A stretch of DNA of 64,000 nucleotides from Candidatus Omnitrophota bacterium (GTDB lineage Bacteria > Omnitrophota > Gorgyraeia > Zapsychrales > Zapsychraceae). How positions within the stretch are numbered: position 1 is the stretch's first letter; each line of letters starts with the position of its first letter. The position numbers and the translations under genes are program-made. Shown piece after piece: positions 21,741-30,431 of this stretch. The stretch lies in contig JAJDCA010000037.1 of the NCBI GenBank assembly GCA_029261055.1, forward strand, positions 82,818-146,817, in the 5' to 3' direction. The notes under the pieces are model-generated. The model was not told the origin of the DNA. It saw only the letters and a program-made list of their open reading frames with translations, and searched no databases.

Positions 21741-22484
21741 TTATTTGGATTTAGCAACACGTTTTTTCTTCGTGGCTGCTTTCTTTTTTGTCGCTTTCTT
21801 TTTAGTGGTTTTCTTCGCAGCTTTTCTTTTTGTCTTTCTACTATTTTTCTTGGTGTTCTTCTTCTTAACCTCTTCATTTAGGCGATCAACAAATTCTATC
21901 TCTGCCCATTCACCTGCAATCTCTTCTGGTAATTTATATTCGTAAAAATATGCTTCCTTGTGTATTAATGACATTTGATCTGGGTCTTCAGATACAAACC
22001 TCTTATATGCCTCCATGTCTTTGAAAAATCTATCACCAGAATCTTTTACGATGCAGCACCTAGCGATAAAAGTATGCATTTTCTGTTCTGTAGCCAACCC
22101 TTCGGCTGTATTAGCAAATAGCTCTTGTTTGTCTCCAATCTTAGACATCATTTCAGCACGTATTGTATTAATATTAGATGCCAATTGAAGCGACTCTGGA
22201 TCTGTTGGATCGCTGGCACGCAGAACCACTTCAAGCTGTGCTATATTTTGTGCAAACTCTCGTATCTCTTTGTCGTGCTGCTCTGTCCATGTTCCAGACT
22301 CATTATGAATACGTCTAGCTTGAATCTCTGTCATTATCCCTTTACGTATTGCTTCTGAATATATTATTCTATATGTTTTATCTACCTCGAATAGGTCTTC
22401 CTGATCTGGAGAACTAAAACATAGATTTAAATCTTGGTTATCTATCGTTACTGAAAACATTCTGCTTTTTGAATCCTTAGACAT
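21741..22484 (-). CDS. Tail-assembly-chaperone-position protein with a Lys-rich, histone-H1-like C-terminal tail
   Basis: Immediately upstream of the TMP. C-terminus reads KKKNTKKNSRKTKRKAAKKTTKKKATKKKAATKKKRVAKSK. Own RBS GGGAGG lies 6 nt before the ATG, which overlaps the stop of the upstream ORF. Confidence 0.5.
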   Translation of the reverse strand: MSKDSKSRMFSVTIDNQDLNLCFSSPDQEDLFEVDKTYRIIYSEAIRKGIMTEIQARRIHNESGTWTEQHDKEIREFAQNIAQLEVVLRASDPTDPESLQLASNINTIRAEMMSKIGDKQELFANTAEGLATEQKMHTFIARCCIVKDSGDRFFKDMEAYKRFVSEDPDQMSLIHKEAYFYEYKLPEEIAGEWAEIEFVDRLNEEVKKKNTKKNSRKTKRKAAKKTTKKKATKKKAATKKKRVAKSK

Positions 22485-22785
22485 TTTTGCCTCCCTTATA
22501 CTCTACCGTTCCTTTGTTGATTTTAAACTCTATAGATTCAGATTTTCTTTCTATGGAGTATTTTGAATCAACCAATTCTTCTAGGTTCCTTATTGCATCA
22601 TTTCCAACACGCAATATTTTTGCTCTTATGTTTTGATACCCTTCAAAGTCAGAGCCAAACCTAATTTCCACAGCCTCTAATGCAGATATAAAAACTTCTT
22701 TTATTGATTTTTCTATATCTATTTTTAAAAGATCAGATGCAGCATTATTTCTAATATTTTTAGAAGATTGTTGCTTCTTGCTCAT
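22477..22785 (-). CDS. Small tail assembly protein (start moved to Met18 of the track ORF)
   Basis: The internal ATG at 22783-22785 overlaps the stop of the upstream 360-aa gene (TAATG) and is preceded by GGAGGA. The track's longer start would overlap the upstream gene by 52 nt. Confidence 0.4.
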   Translation of the reverse strand: MSKKQQSSKNIRNNAASDLLKIDIEKSIKEVFISALEAVEIRFGSDFEGYQNIRAKILRVGNDAIRNLEELVDSKYSIERKSESIEFKINKGTVEYKGGKNV

Positions 22786-23867
22786 TACTTTCCTCCATCC
22801 ATCGTTTGTACATATTCCTTTCCTCTGAGTTGCCACTCAGTCATTCTTTTGCCAGACTTTTTAATTCTTTCGTTTTCTGATTGTAGCTTTTTACGAACAT
22901 CACTAGTATTCATTTGTTGTACTCTCTGAACAGTATCTTTGTCTTGTTCGTCAACCATTATAAATTGCTCTTGCGTGGCACCAGTCGTCCTCCCTTTGCG
23001 TTGTGTATTTTGTGGCTGTCTACTACTATCTTTATTGTTGCCAAATTTCTTATTCTTCAATTGATCATTGACCCAGGCATCACACGAGTCATCGTCGTCT
23101 ATAATTAGCTGAGATGGCCTATCTGGACTTTCAAATACATAGTCATAAAATTGAGACCAGTATACTAGTGAATTTTGCATTTCTGACCATTCGGAAATTG
23201 GCTTTCCAAACAAATCAATACCGTTTTTTGAAGCATTCCATTTAAATCTCCACTGACCACTGCGTGCCATTTCCCTTACTTCTGACTCTGGAAACATGTT
23301 ATGGTTATAATATGCTAGTGCTAGACTAAATATTAAATCAATGTCACACTCTTTAAGAAAATTAGATTCATTTTCCCACAGTTGATCACCATTCATATCT
23401 TCTGTAGACATCATCACCATATATCTACGACTTATCTCCATTGCTCTAGTTTCTGCACTACAGTTAAAAAGTTGCTGCTTTATTTTATTCCTGTCACTAA
23501 TCGTCTGCTCGTTTTCAATTAATTTTTTTCTTAGTTGTTTTTGTTTTACTGGAAAGAATTCTGAGTCTTTTATCTGTGACCTTATAAGAGTGTTTTTCTT
23601 ATCTAATATTCTTATTTCTGCATCATCTGCTTCAGTCCATATTCTATTATCAGAATATAGCTTATCCAGCTCTTTATCGGTCATTATCCCACTATCAATA
23701 CCTGACTGGAATTCTCGTTCGTAAATATGATGTATGAAATTACTCTCTGCGATTGTGAGAGATCTAAGGATAAATGTTGACTCTTGTAAAGATTTATCTT
23801 TTATGAGAACAATTGATTTGCCCCACAAAATCTTATCTAGATTCTGAGTAATCTTTTGATGAATCAT
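22785..23867 (-). CDS. Tail-module protein (360 aa)
   Basis: ORF between the putative major tail gene and the chaperone-like genes. No recognisable motif. Confidence 0.45.
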   Translation of the reverse strand: MIHQKITQNLDKILWGKSIVLIKDKSLQESTFILRSLTIAESNFIHHIYEREFQSGIDSGIMTDKELDKLYSDNRIWTEADDAEIRILDKKNTLIRSQIKDSEFFPVKQKQLRKKLIENEQTISDRNKIKQQLFNCSAETRAMEISRRYMVMMSTEDMNGDQLWENESNFLKECDIDLIFSLALAYYNHNMFPESEVREMARSGQWRFKWNASKNGIDLFGKPISEWSEMQNSLVYWSQFYDYVFESPDRPSQLIIDDDDSCDAWVNDQLKNKKFGNNKDSSRQPQNTQRKGRTTGATQEQFIMVDEQDKDTVQRVQQMNTSDVRKKLQSENERIKKSGKRMTEWQLRGKEYVQTMDGGK

Positions 23868-23885
23868 GTACCTTGCCTTAGAGTT

Positions 23886-23916
23886 TGGCTCCTAAATATT
23901 GTCTATCTAGGAGCCA
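23886..23916 (-). terminator. 9-bp stem hairpin (TGGCTCCTA...TAGGAGCCA) downstream of the putative major tail gene; attenuator or mRNA-stabilising element
   Basis: Perfect inverted repeat with a 13-nt loop in the 80-nt spacer after the 414-aa gene. No U-tract on the minus strand, so probably not a full terminator. Confidence 0.3.
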
Positions 23917-23947
23917 CTTACCTTTTTCTAATCTGTCAACTCACTAG

Positions 23948-25192
23948 TTATTGAGAAGATGGATTAAAATCAAATCTACCTGTAAAACCAGTATGAGTAA
24001 TAGTCAATGAGTTACTATTAGTATATTCAAAATTAGTAGTACCGTTTCCACCACCGGCGTCAAAACCATCAAATGTGACACTTGATAATTTATTTTTAGT
24101 ACCAAGATTTATTGTTAGTCCAGAATCAGTAGCAAGTATAATTGTTCTATTTGTTAGGTTGGAGCTACCATCTCCCACGGCATTAACCAAGTCACCCTTG
24201 TCTGTAATTGCTTCAAAAGTAGTTGTTACCGTTACTGGGAACTGAACCGCTCTAAAGAATGGTGTTTTCGAACCAAGTTCAAATATATCTTCGCGGGTAA
24301 TGTCTACGCTTACTTCAATTGATTGCAAGTGGTCTGCACCAGGAACATCTCCTGGCAAGGTTGATCCCGCAACATCGAAGTTTTCAGACCTTAGTACACC
24401 GGACCCAACGATTGTTGCATCGAATGAATCTGAAGTAGGGAATATACCAGATGGTACACCCTCTTGTCCTCCCCATGTTTTATCATTACCAACGAGAGAA
24501 ATAGACTCGGTAAAGTTACCGTCTGTTGGGAAACTTAGGGTGTATGAACTAATAAACATACCAGAAGCAACTACTGTTGAATCAGGTGTACCCTCTGCAC
24601 TATCTTGTACATCTGGATAAACGCTTACTGCTAAATCTGCCTTGTAACCGGCAGTACGACCCTTAAGTGAAGTGAAATCTGGGTCAGTTACCATTAACCA
24701 AAATGGCTTAGTTCCGTCTAATACTCGTTCTGCTGTTACTTCAACTTCTGGAATACCTTCAACATTTTCATAAGCGTCAAGCTGACCTAAATGAAAAACA
24801 TCTTCTAAGTTAAAGGTGGTTGTAAATCCGGCAGACTGTACACCAAATGGTACTTCCCAGCCCTGAACTGCTGCTACGGCAGCGGTATCGTGACTCACGG
24901 CGGTAGTTCCGGCTGCTCCGCGCTCAATACCAGACGGAACCGTTGAAGACAAGAAACTACTATAACGGATTAATTCAGTTGTATCGGTTCCCGATGGCAC
25001 AACTGCAAACATACCAGAATCAGGCCAAATTCCTGAAACTGCGGTATCCATTTCAATAAATGTATCAGTTGGAAGAATAGATGCTGTAAGACTGCGTGTA
25101 GGGGCAGATCCAGCAATGTAACTAGTAGCATCAACACGATTGTCCTTAATGGAAAGTTGCACAGTCGCATAGATAATTCTATTGTTAGTCAT
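23948..25192 (-). CDS. Major tail protein candidate (414 aa)
   Basis: Preceded by a 130-nt AT-rich intergenic region carrying a TATAAT-like element, and followed by a hairpin. This is typical of an abundantly expressed tail tube gene upstream of chaperones and TMP. The call is positional only. Confidence 0.4.
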   Translation of the reverse strand: MTNNRIIYATVQLSIKDNRVDATSYIAGSAPTRSLTASILPTDTFIEMDTAVSGIWPDSGMFAVVPSGTDTTELIRYSSFLSSTVPSGIERGAAGTTAVSHDTAAVAAVQGWEVPFGVQSAGFTTTFNLEDVFHLGQLDAYENVEGIPEVEVTAERVLDGTKPFWLMVTDPDFTSLKGRTAGYKADLAVSVYPDVQDSAEGTPDSTVVASGMFISSYTLSFPTDGNFTESISLVGNDKTWGGQEGVPSGIFPTSDSFDATIVGSGVLRSENFDVAGSTLPGDVPGADHLQSIEVSVDITREDIFELGSKTPFFRAVQFPVTVTTTFEAITDKGDLVNAVGDGSSNLTNRTIILATDSGLTINLGTKNKLSSVTFDGFDAGGGNGTTNFEYTNSNSLTITHTGFTGRFDFNPSSQ

Positions 25193-25322
25193 GTAAGTTC
25201 TCCTTGTAAAAGGTTTTATGTGACTCGTTTATATTTTAGTGCTCACTAAAAACCATAATTTTGCCAATTTGACAATACATGATTTACTAGTTCTAAGGCT
25301 ATTATATAATACGTTCTTTTGA
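25193..25322 (-). promoter_or_regulatory. Intergenic region with candidate promoter elements upstream of the putative major tail gene
   Basis: 130 nt without coding. The minus strand carries TTGTCA ... TATTATATAAT and an 8-bp inverted repeat TTTAGTG/CACTAAA. Confidence 0.25.
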
Positions 25323-26204
25323 TTATCCGCCACTTGGCAGATAGAAAGTTAAATTCCAGTCAACCCTTGCCCTGTGAAACCCATAAAACACATTGTTGTT
25401 TTCTACAACCCTTGTGGAGTCTATATAAAGCTTCTCCCACTTCAATGCATTATTCGCCTGCATATTCGTAAAATTCTCATACGTTGATGCTCTATCACCG
25501 TTTGATGTAAATAATACTGGTGTTTTGTTAAAATCTACACCCTGTATTACCTTCCTATCACTTCTAGTTGATAGCTGGTCAACTATCCGGTTCATTTGTC
25601 TTCTACTATTGGCTAAAACATGAAATACCACCTGTTGTGCTATCTCTGTCCCTCCTCCTAACTGATGTGGTGAACTTGTTCTGTTCTGTAAATCAATAAC
25701 AACTACTGGTAATTGCGTAATAAACCCAGATGGAACAGAGACGTTGGTGCCCACTACATTATCTTTAAATTCCGAAAATAGCGCTGGCGATAGAAAAGTA
25801 TCGGGGAAATCGAAGTGTGTTTCCTTGTAGCTGAATACCGCTTCGACCGTAGATGTTTCTGGTATATTTACTCCGAAAACAACGCCGCCGCCATTAAAGT
25901 CTATCTCTGGCAAATATGTTCCACTGCCGCGAGGCTGAAATACACCATCAACCGTTACGCCGCTAACATTTACTGTCTCAAATCCTGTTACGCCACTAGC
26001 ATCCGTCTCTAAAACCCAGTCATTAAAGAAACTTTCGTATTTTGTTGATGTTATTCGTGTAAGTACGTCTGAACGCTGTCCACCAATGCGAAGTTGTCCA
26101 CTTGCTATATTTTGGTATAGCCCATTGTCAATAAATTCACGCTCAAGATGAGACTTGATGTTTAGTTCTACTTGTGCAGAGTTATCGTATCTTCTTATGG
26201 GCAC
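25323..26204 (-). CDS. Head-tail connector or tail completion-region protein (293 aa)
   Basis: ORF between the capsid module and the tail gene. Function inferred from position only. Confidence 0.4.
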   Translation of the reverse strand: MPIRRYDNSAQVELNIKSHLEREFIDNGLYQNIASGQLRIGGQRSDVLTRITSTKYESFFNDWVLETDASGVTGFETVNVSGVTVDGVFQPRGSGTYLPEIDFNGGGVVFGVNIPETSTVEAVFSYKETHFDFPDTFLSPALFSEFKDNVVGTNVSVPSGFITQLPVVVIDLQNRTSSPHQLGGGTEIAQQVVFHVLANSRRQMNRIVDQLSTRSDRKVIQGVDFNKTPVLFTSNGDRASTYENFTNMQANNALKWEKLYIDSTRVVENNNVFYGFHRARVDWNLTFYLPSGG

Positions 26205-26209
26205 CTTAC

Positions 26210-26878
26210 TTATCTCCTGCGTCTTCTTAAGACAACGCCGAATCCTCTCTCGAATTCAGATTTACTAAACCTTTCCCCAATTGTTTCTAGTACTCTTGTT
26301 GGACTAAATTCCCAGAATCCAGAGCTAGACTTTCTCATTATTCCTTTTTTACTACGACTAAATCTCTTTGATGCTGCATTACTTCCAACATCTTCAAAGC
26401 TATACCCTCTCACTACGGCACCGTTCTCTAGCCAGTCAATCCATGAAATCGTTTCTGTTAGTTCAAATTGGCCGGTTGTTCTATCAAGCCGCGTCAAATC
26501 ATGCTGTGCTAGCGGGTGATCTTTTAACCTGTCAAAGTCTACCCACTCCAATATAGCCGCAAATTTAGTATTACTTTGTGTGACTTTTAGTGTGGTTATC
26601 TTTTCACTTCCTGGTGTTAGTAGTGCTAAAATCTTGCTTAAATCTCTAACTTCCTCTTGTGTGAACCCAAATTCACCAACTAGTCTTCCGCTCAAGTCAC
26701 GAAACTCCTGAGAATTAGCAAAAGTGTCTCTCAGTATTTCAGATTGTTTCATCAAAAATGATTCGGAGTCCTTTACTATTAACTCCATTTTTTTATTAAT
26801 ATTCTTTTGAAGAAATTCCTCAAACTGTCTTTCATTTGTTATTTTTATTTTTGCCATTATTGTAACTTTTGCCACCAT
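26210..26878 (-). CDS. Head-tail joining region protein (222 aa)
   Basis: Positional call. C-terminus is Arg-rich (RRRRR). Confidence 0.4.
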   Translation of the reverse strand: MVAKVTIMAKIKITNERQFEEFLQKNINKKMELIVKDSESFLMKQSEILRDTFANSQEFRDLSGRLVGEFGFTQEEVRDLSKILALLTPGSEKITTLKVTQSNTKFAAILEWVDFDRLKDHPLAQHDLTRLDRTTGQFELTETISWIDWLENGAVVRGYSFEDVGSNAASKRFSRSKKGIMRKSSSGFWEFSPTRVLETIGERFSKSEFERGFGVVLRRRRR

Positions 26879-27387
26879 GCTCTTACGTGACTGCGTGACT
26901 GTAGCCCTGTTTTCACTGGCTCTCTAATTAGTGCGTAAAATTCTCCTTCAATTCTGGCCTTGACTGACCTCTGAATATCACTAAATGCAACTACCTGCAT
27001 TTTGGTTCTAACCAATTGCGCTGGATCGCGACCAGTAGCCTCAAATTCAATATCCTTTGGATTGTATTTTAATAAAGCTGTATAATCTTGAGAACTTTCA
27101 TCTTCTACTTTGTTAGACCCTTTGCATACTGGACATTGTGCAAATTCTGGAAATGGTATGTTGAATTCTCCATTTAATGCAAACGGATTATTTGTATCTG
27201 TATAAACGCCATCTGAGGCACCATCTGGTCCTCTAGAGCAGTTAGGGCATCCTGATGCTGTAGGTTCAAAAAACAGTGTTACTGTATATCCAAGATCTGA
27301 TACTAGTTGATCAATACTAGATTCGAACTCTTGTTGTAATTCTGGACTTACGAATAGTCCTTTCGTTGGTAGGTTTTCTTCAGCCAT
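26857..27387 (-). CDS. Head-tail joining region protein (176 aa) with CxxC pairs
   Basis: Contains CPNCSRG and CPVCKG motifs, a possible Zn-binding site. Positional call. Confidence 0.4.
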   Translation of the reverse strand: MAEENLPTKGLFVSPELQQEFESSIDQLVSDLGYTVTLFFEPTASGCPNCSRGPDGASDGVYTDTNNPFALNGEFNIPFPEFAQCPVCKGSNKVEDESSQDYTALLKYNPKDIEFEATGRDPAQLVRTKMQVVAFSDIQRSVKARIEGEFYALIREPVKTGLQSRSHVRAWWQKLQ

Positions 27388-27399
27388 TATAGTCTCCTA

Positions 27400-28245
27400 T
27401 TAATGTCTATACCCGAATCCATCAAATGGACTGGTCCAATCTCGCTGATTTCCATTGCCTTCACCACTATGGTCAGAATCAGTTATGACTTTAGAGTTGT
27501 CGTATGTTATTAGTGCTCCATGTTCTCCAGCACCCTGAGTATTATCGTTTGCCAAATAGTCTACTATGGCTCTATCTAATTCGGAACATATAGATTTTAC
27601 AATATCTTTATTGGCTCCAAGTCCTGCTGTTTTATCAATTTCAGAATCGCCATCTTTAACTCTGATGCTGCCACCCAAAGAATCACTATATCTTTGTTGT
27701 GCCATTAAGCATTCCATTTGCAATACAATTAAATCCTGTATGCTTGAATTAGGTGCTGGCGTTATGGCTCCTGTTGTTTGACTAATACTAAGCTCTGATA
27801 CTGTTCCTGTAAAATTAAGCCTACGATTGAGGCGATTAAGCGCCTTTTCTGTAAATATTTCTAATTCATTGTCAGTAAACTTATCGTCTGCTACTGCTAA
27901 ATCTAACTTTACTTGTCCTGTGATGTCATCTATGTTTGTAAATGCTGTTTCCATAGAGGTAGCAACAACGAAATCTTCAGATGCAGTGTTAGTAACACCG
28001 GCAGGAGATGTAACGGTCCATGTTATGCGCCAACCATTAACCGCATGTCCAGACGGCATAACGCCAAAATCTCTAGCATCATAATGACCTGTACTGCGTC
28101 TAAATCCCGCTACACCCGATGGTGAGAGCGTTCCACTTGCAGGAGAAATTATATTGAATACTATCGCCGATGGGTCTGTTAATACCCCACCAAAGCGGGT
28201 AAAGATGTCTAGACCGCTAGGCGCAGCTCCTACTACTATATTCAT
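27400..28245 (-). CDS. Structural protein (281 aa)
   Basis: ORF downstream of the capsid gene. Function from position only. Confidence 0.4.
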   Translation of the reverse strand: MNIVVGAAPSGLDIFTRFGGVLTDPSAIVFNIISPASGTLSPSGVAGFRRSTGHYDARDFGVMPSGHAVNGWRITWTVTSPAGVTNTASEDFVVATSMETAFTNIDDITGQVKLDLAVADDKFTDNELEIFTEKALNRLNRRLNFTGTVSELSISQTTGAITPAPNSSIQDLIVLQMECLMAQQRYSDSLGGSIRVKDGDSEIDKTAGLGANKDIVKSICSELDRAIVDYLANDNTQGAGEHGALITYDNSKVITDSDHSGEGNGNQRDWTSPFDGFGYRH

Positions 28246-28272
28246 TATGTCTCCTAGCTATATATTGATAAT

Positions 28273-28695
28273 TTAGCCTGTAAATGTTAGTGTCATTCCA
28301 GTTGGGCCAGATACTCCGCTGCCAGAGAAATCAGCAAACTTCAGCGTTGCATAGTCTGTTAGTGGAATATCCTCATTTACACTTGCTTTAAACCCACTAG
28401 GAATCGTTGCGCGAAATCTAATGTAGTACGTTTGATCTAGTAACTGTTGTCCAAAATCAGAAGGGTTGAAAGATCGTCTATAAAGTCCATTGTCACTAGG
28501 TACTTCTGTCATTATTGCGAGTCCAGATGCGGGTGAAGATGCTACAAATGTATTGTTTGACCAGTCAGCTATGAAATCATCGCTATTTCTGTACAGCTCT
28601 AATGTTGGGTTTATGCCAGAAACCGCAACAAAATTGTGTTGAACTGATAACATTAGTGGAATTGTGCTGCTGTCTTTTGGCCAAAGTATTTGCAT
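28273..28695 (-). CDS. Structural protein (140 aa)
   Basis: First ORF after the post-capsid terminator. Confidence 0.35.
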   Translation of the reverse strand: MQILWPKDSSTIPLMLSVQHNFVAVSGINPTLELYRNSDDFIADWSNNTFVASSPASGLAIMTEVPSDNGLYRRSFNPSDFGQQLLDQTYYIRFRATIPSGFKASVNEDIPLTDYATLKFADFSGSGVSGPTGMTLTFTG

Positions 28696-28770
28696 TTAAT
28701 CTCCAGAGTAAATTTATACAATAATATACGAATATTGTAATACGCTAACCTAGTACAGCTTTGACCCTAT

Positions 28771-28813
28771 ATCAAAAAATAAAAGTACACGAGTTAATTG
28801 CCCATGTACTTTT
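28771..28813 (-). terminator. Rho-independent terminator downstream of the major capsid gene (a hairpin with T-runs on both sides)
   Basis: 9-bp stem AAAAGTACA...TGTACTTTT with a 15-nt loop. It is flanked by ATTTTTT on the minus strand and TTTATTTTATTTT on the plus strand. Confidence 0.55.
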
Positions 28814-28844
28814 ATTTTATTTTGTCAATTATAATAATGACTTA

Positions 28845-29876
28845 TTATAGGGCACCCAATAGGGTTCTGCGACTATCTAGAACGGCAAGACCAAATTCTG
28901 CCCAACCATAGACTCCACCCTTCATTTCTCTGTGAAGATCATCGGCTGAGAACATTTGCATGTCTTCTCGTACTGGCATTACAAATGAATCCCTGTTACT
29001 TAAATCTAAAGCTACACAAAACTCTTCTTTGCTTGCTGGAACAGAAACACCAAGAGTACTAACAAGATAATCTTGATACTCTTGACCAACACCAAGCTCT
29101 TGAAGTTCATGGAATCTAGTTCCAAACATTCCCATAAATGGTGCAAAACCATCACTATCCATTAAAGACTGTAAAGTGGGATCAGTTACGATTTGTCCAC
29201 CAGAAGATCCGGTATCAAAGTTTCTAATGTCAGCAATTGCCTCTGGTGATAGATAAATATCAGTCACTTTAGAATTACGACCACCGGCAAGACGCTTAAT
29301 AGCTGTTTGTAGGTTGGTAGTTAGACGTTTTGAGTAAACACCGCTAGTAGCAGCGCTATCAACTACAACTGAATTAGAGGCTCCGGCAGCCAATAGTGCG
29401 TGCCATCCGTCATCGTTGATTTTTTGAGTAAATCCATTGGTGTATATCTCAATAGCACGAGCAATAACGTCCCAGCGAGCATCGCGAGCATAGTCAAGAC
29501 CCCATGAAATTGCGTTACCAATCTTGTAGGTAATAACATGCAATTCACCACTATCAATGTTACGGTTAGGAATCGCACCTTCTTTTGGCACCACAAATGC
29601 TTTTCTAGAATCACCTTCTGAATCACTTGGCGTGTAGATATCTAGTGGAAACTTCGCGTCAGTGCCAGCTTCAAGTTGGATAGGGTCAAAAATTCCTTCC
29701 AGTGTGTCTGGTTCTAATACGCCTTGACGCCATGCTTGTTTTAAAACTTGACAAAGCGCCTTCTGATGCTCCTTTGAAACCTCGTCATTTCCAGCGGTTG
29801 CTCGAAGAAGTTCACGAGCCTTTTGATCAATTTTGAATTCTTGACCATTGATTTCAACTTTACCTTTGTTAAACAT
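28845..29876 (-). CDS. Major capsid protein candidate (343 aa, HK97-like size)
   Basis: RBS GGAGGTG upstream. Position after the protease/scaffold-like gene, followed by a strong terminator. No motif-level proof. Confidence 0.5.
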   Translation of the reverse strand: MFNKGKVEINGQEFKIDQKARELLRATAGNDEVSKEHQKALCQVLKQAWRQGVLEPDTLEGIFDPIQLEAGTDAKFPLDIYTPSDSEGDSRKAFVVPKEGAIPNRNIDSGELHVITYKIGNAISWGLDYARDARWDVIARAIEIYTNGFTQKINDDGWHALLAAGASNSVVVDSAATSGVYSKRLTTNLQTAIKRLAGGRNSKVTDIYLSPEAIADIRNFDTGSSGGQIVTDPTLQSLMDSDGFAPFMGMFGTRFHELQELGVGQEYQDYLVSTLGVSVPASKEEFCVALDLSNRDSFVMPVREDMQMFSADDLHREMKGGVYGWAEFGLAVLDSRRTLLGAL

Positions 29877-29927
29877 TTTATCACACCTCCAATTTAGTGT
29901 GTTTATTTCTTCAATTTAAATACTTAA

Positions 29928-30404
29928 TTACCCAGCATTATGAATGTTTAAGAACAAACGAAGCTGATTATCACTGTTTAGGGCAGCAAGTGCTCGTCCA
30001 ATAATTACTGATCCAGGCTGATTAACGTTAGATATAGAGCCATTTCCAGCACTATACAAAATTTCTCCAGCAGCATAAGTTTCGCCAGCAGTTACTTGGT
30101 CAGTTTCAATTTCACCCTGAGTAGCCAATCTAACAACACCAGAAACATAAGTTTGGCGTTTATTAAGATTTCTAGGCAACAGAGTTGTTCCAGTATCGTC
30201 TCCAGTTACAGGCAAACCGTCTGGTACAGAGCGATTAACAACGTCTTCCATTAGTAATCCGGCAATAGTATTACCAGATGCAGCTACATCCTGGATGAAT
30301 CCAGCAGTTGAAGAGTAAGCTACAAGTTGACCATCAGTTAAAACTTCCACTGCTCGGAAGTTAATGTCGTCTACAATATGATTTTCGTGTACTCCACGTC
30401 CCAT
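29928..30404 (-). CDS. Head protein (158 aa); decoration or head-fibre candidate
   Basis: Small Gly/Ala/Thr-rich ORF directly upstream of the capsid gene, with RBS GGAGGA. Confidence 0.4.
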   Translation of the reverse strand: MGRGVHENHIVDDINFRAVEVLTDGQLVAYSSTAGFIQDVAASGNTIAGLLMEDVVNRSVPDGLPVTGDDTGTTLLPRNLNKRQTYVSGVVRLATQGEIETDQVTAGETYAAGEILYSAGNGSISNVNQPGSVIIGRALAALNSDNQLRLFLNIHNAG

Positions 30405-30431
30405 GTTGTTTCCTCCAGTATTGTAATAGAA

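Noticed and set aside
22470-22500. Possible programmed -1 frameshift (G/GT-like) between the two pre-TMP ORFs
   Set aside because: No X XXY YYZ slippery heptamer was found at the overlap (GGC AAA AAT GTC TAA). The downstream ORF has its own strong RBS (GGGAGG) and an ATG overlapping the stop, so simple translational coupling explains the arrangement.
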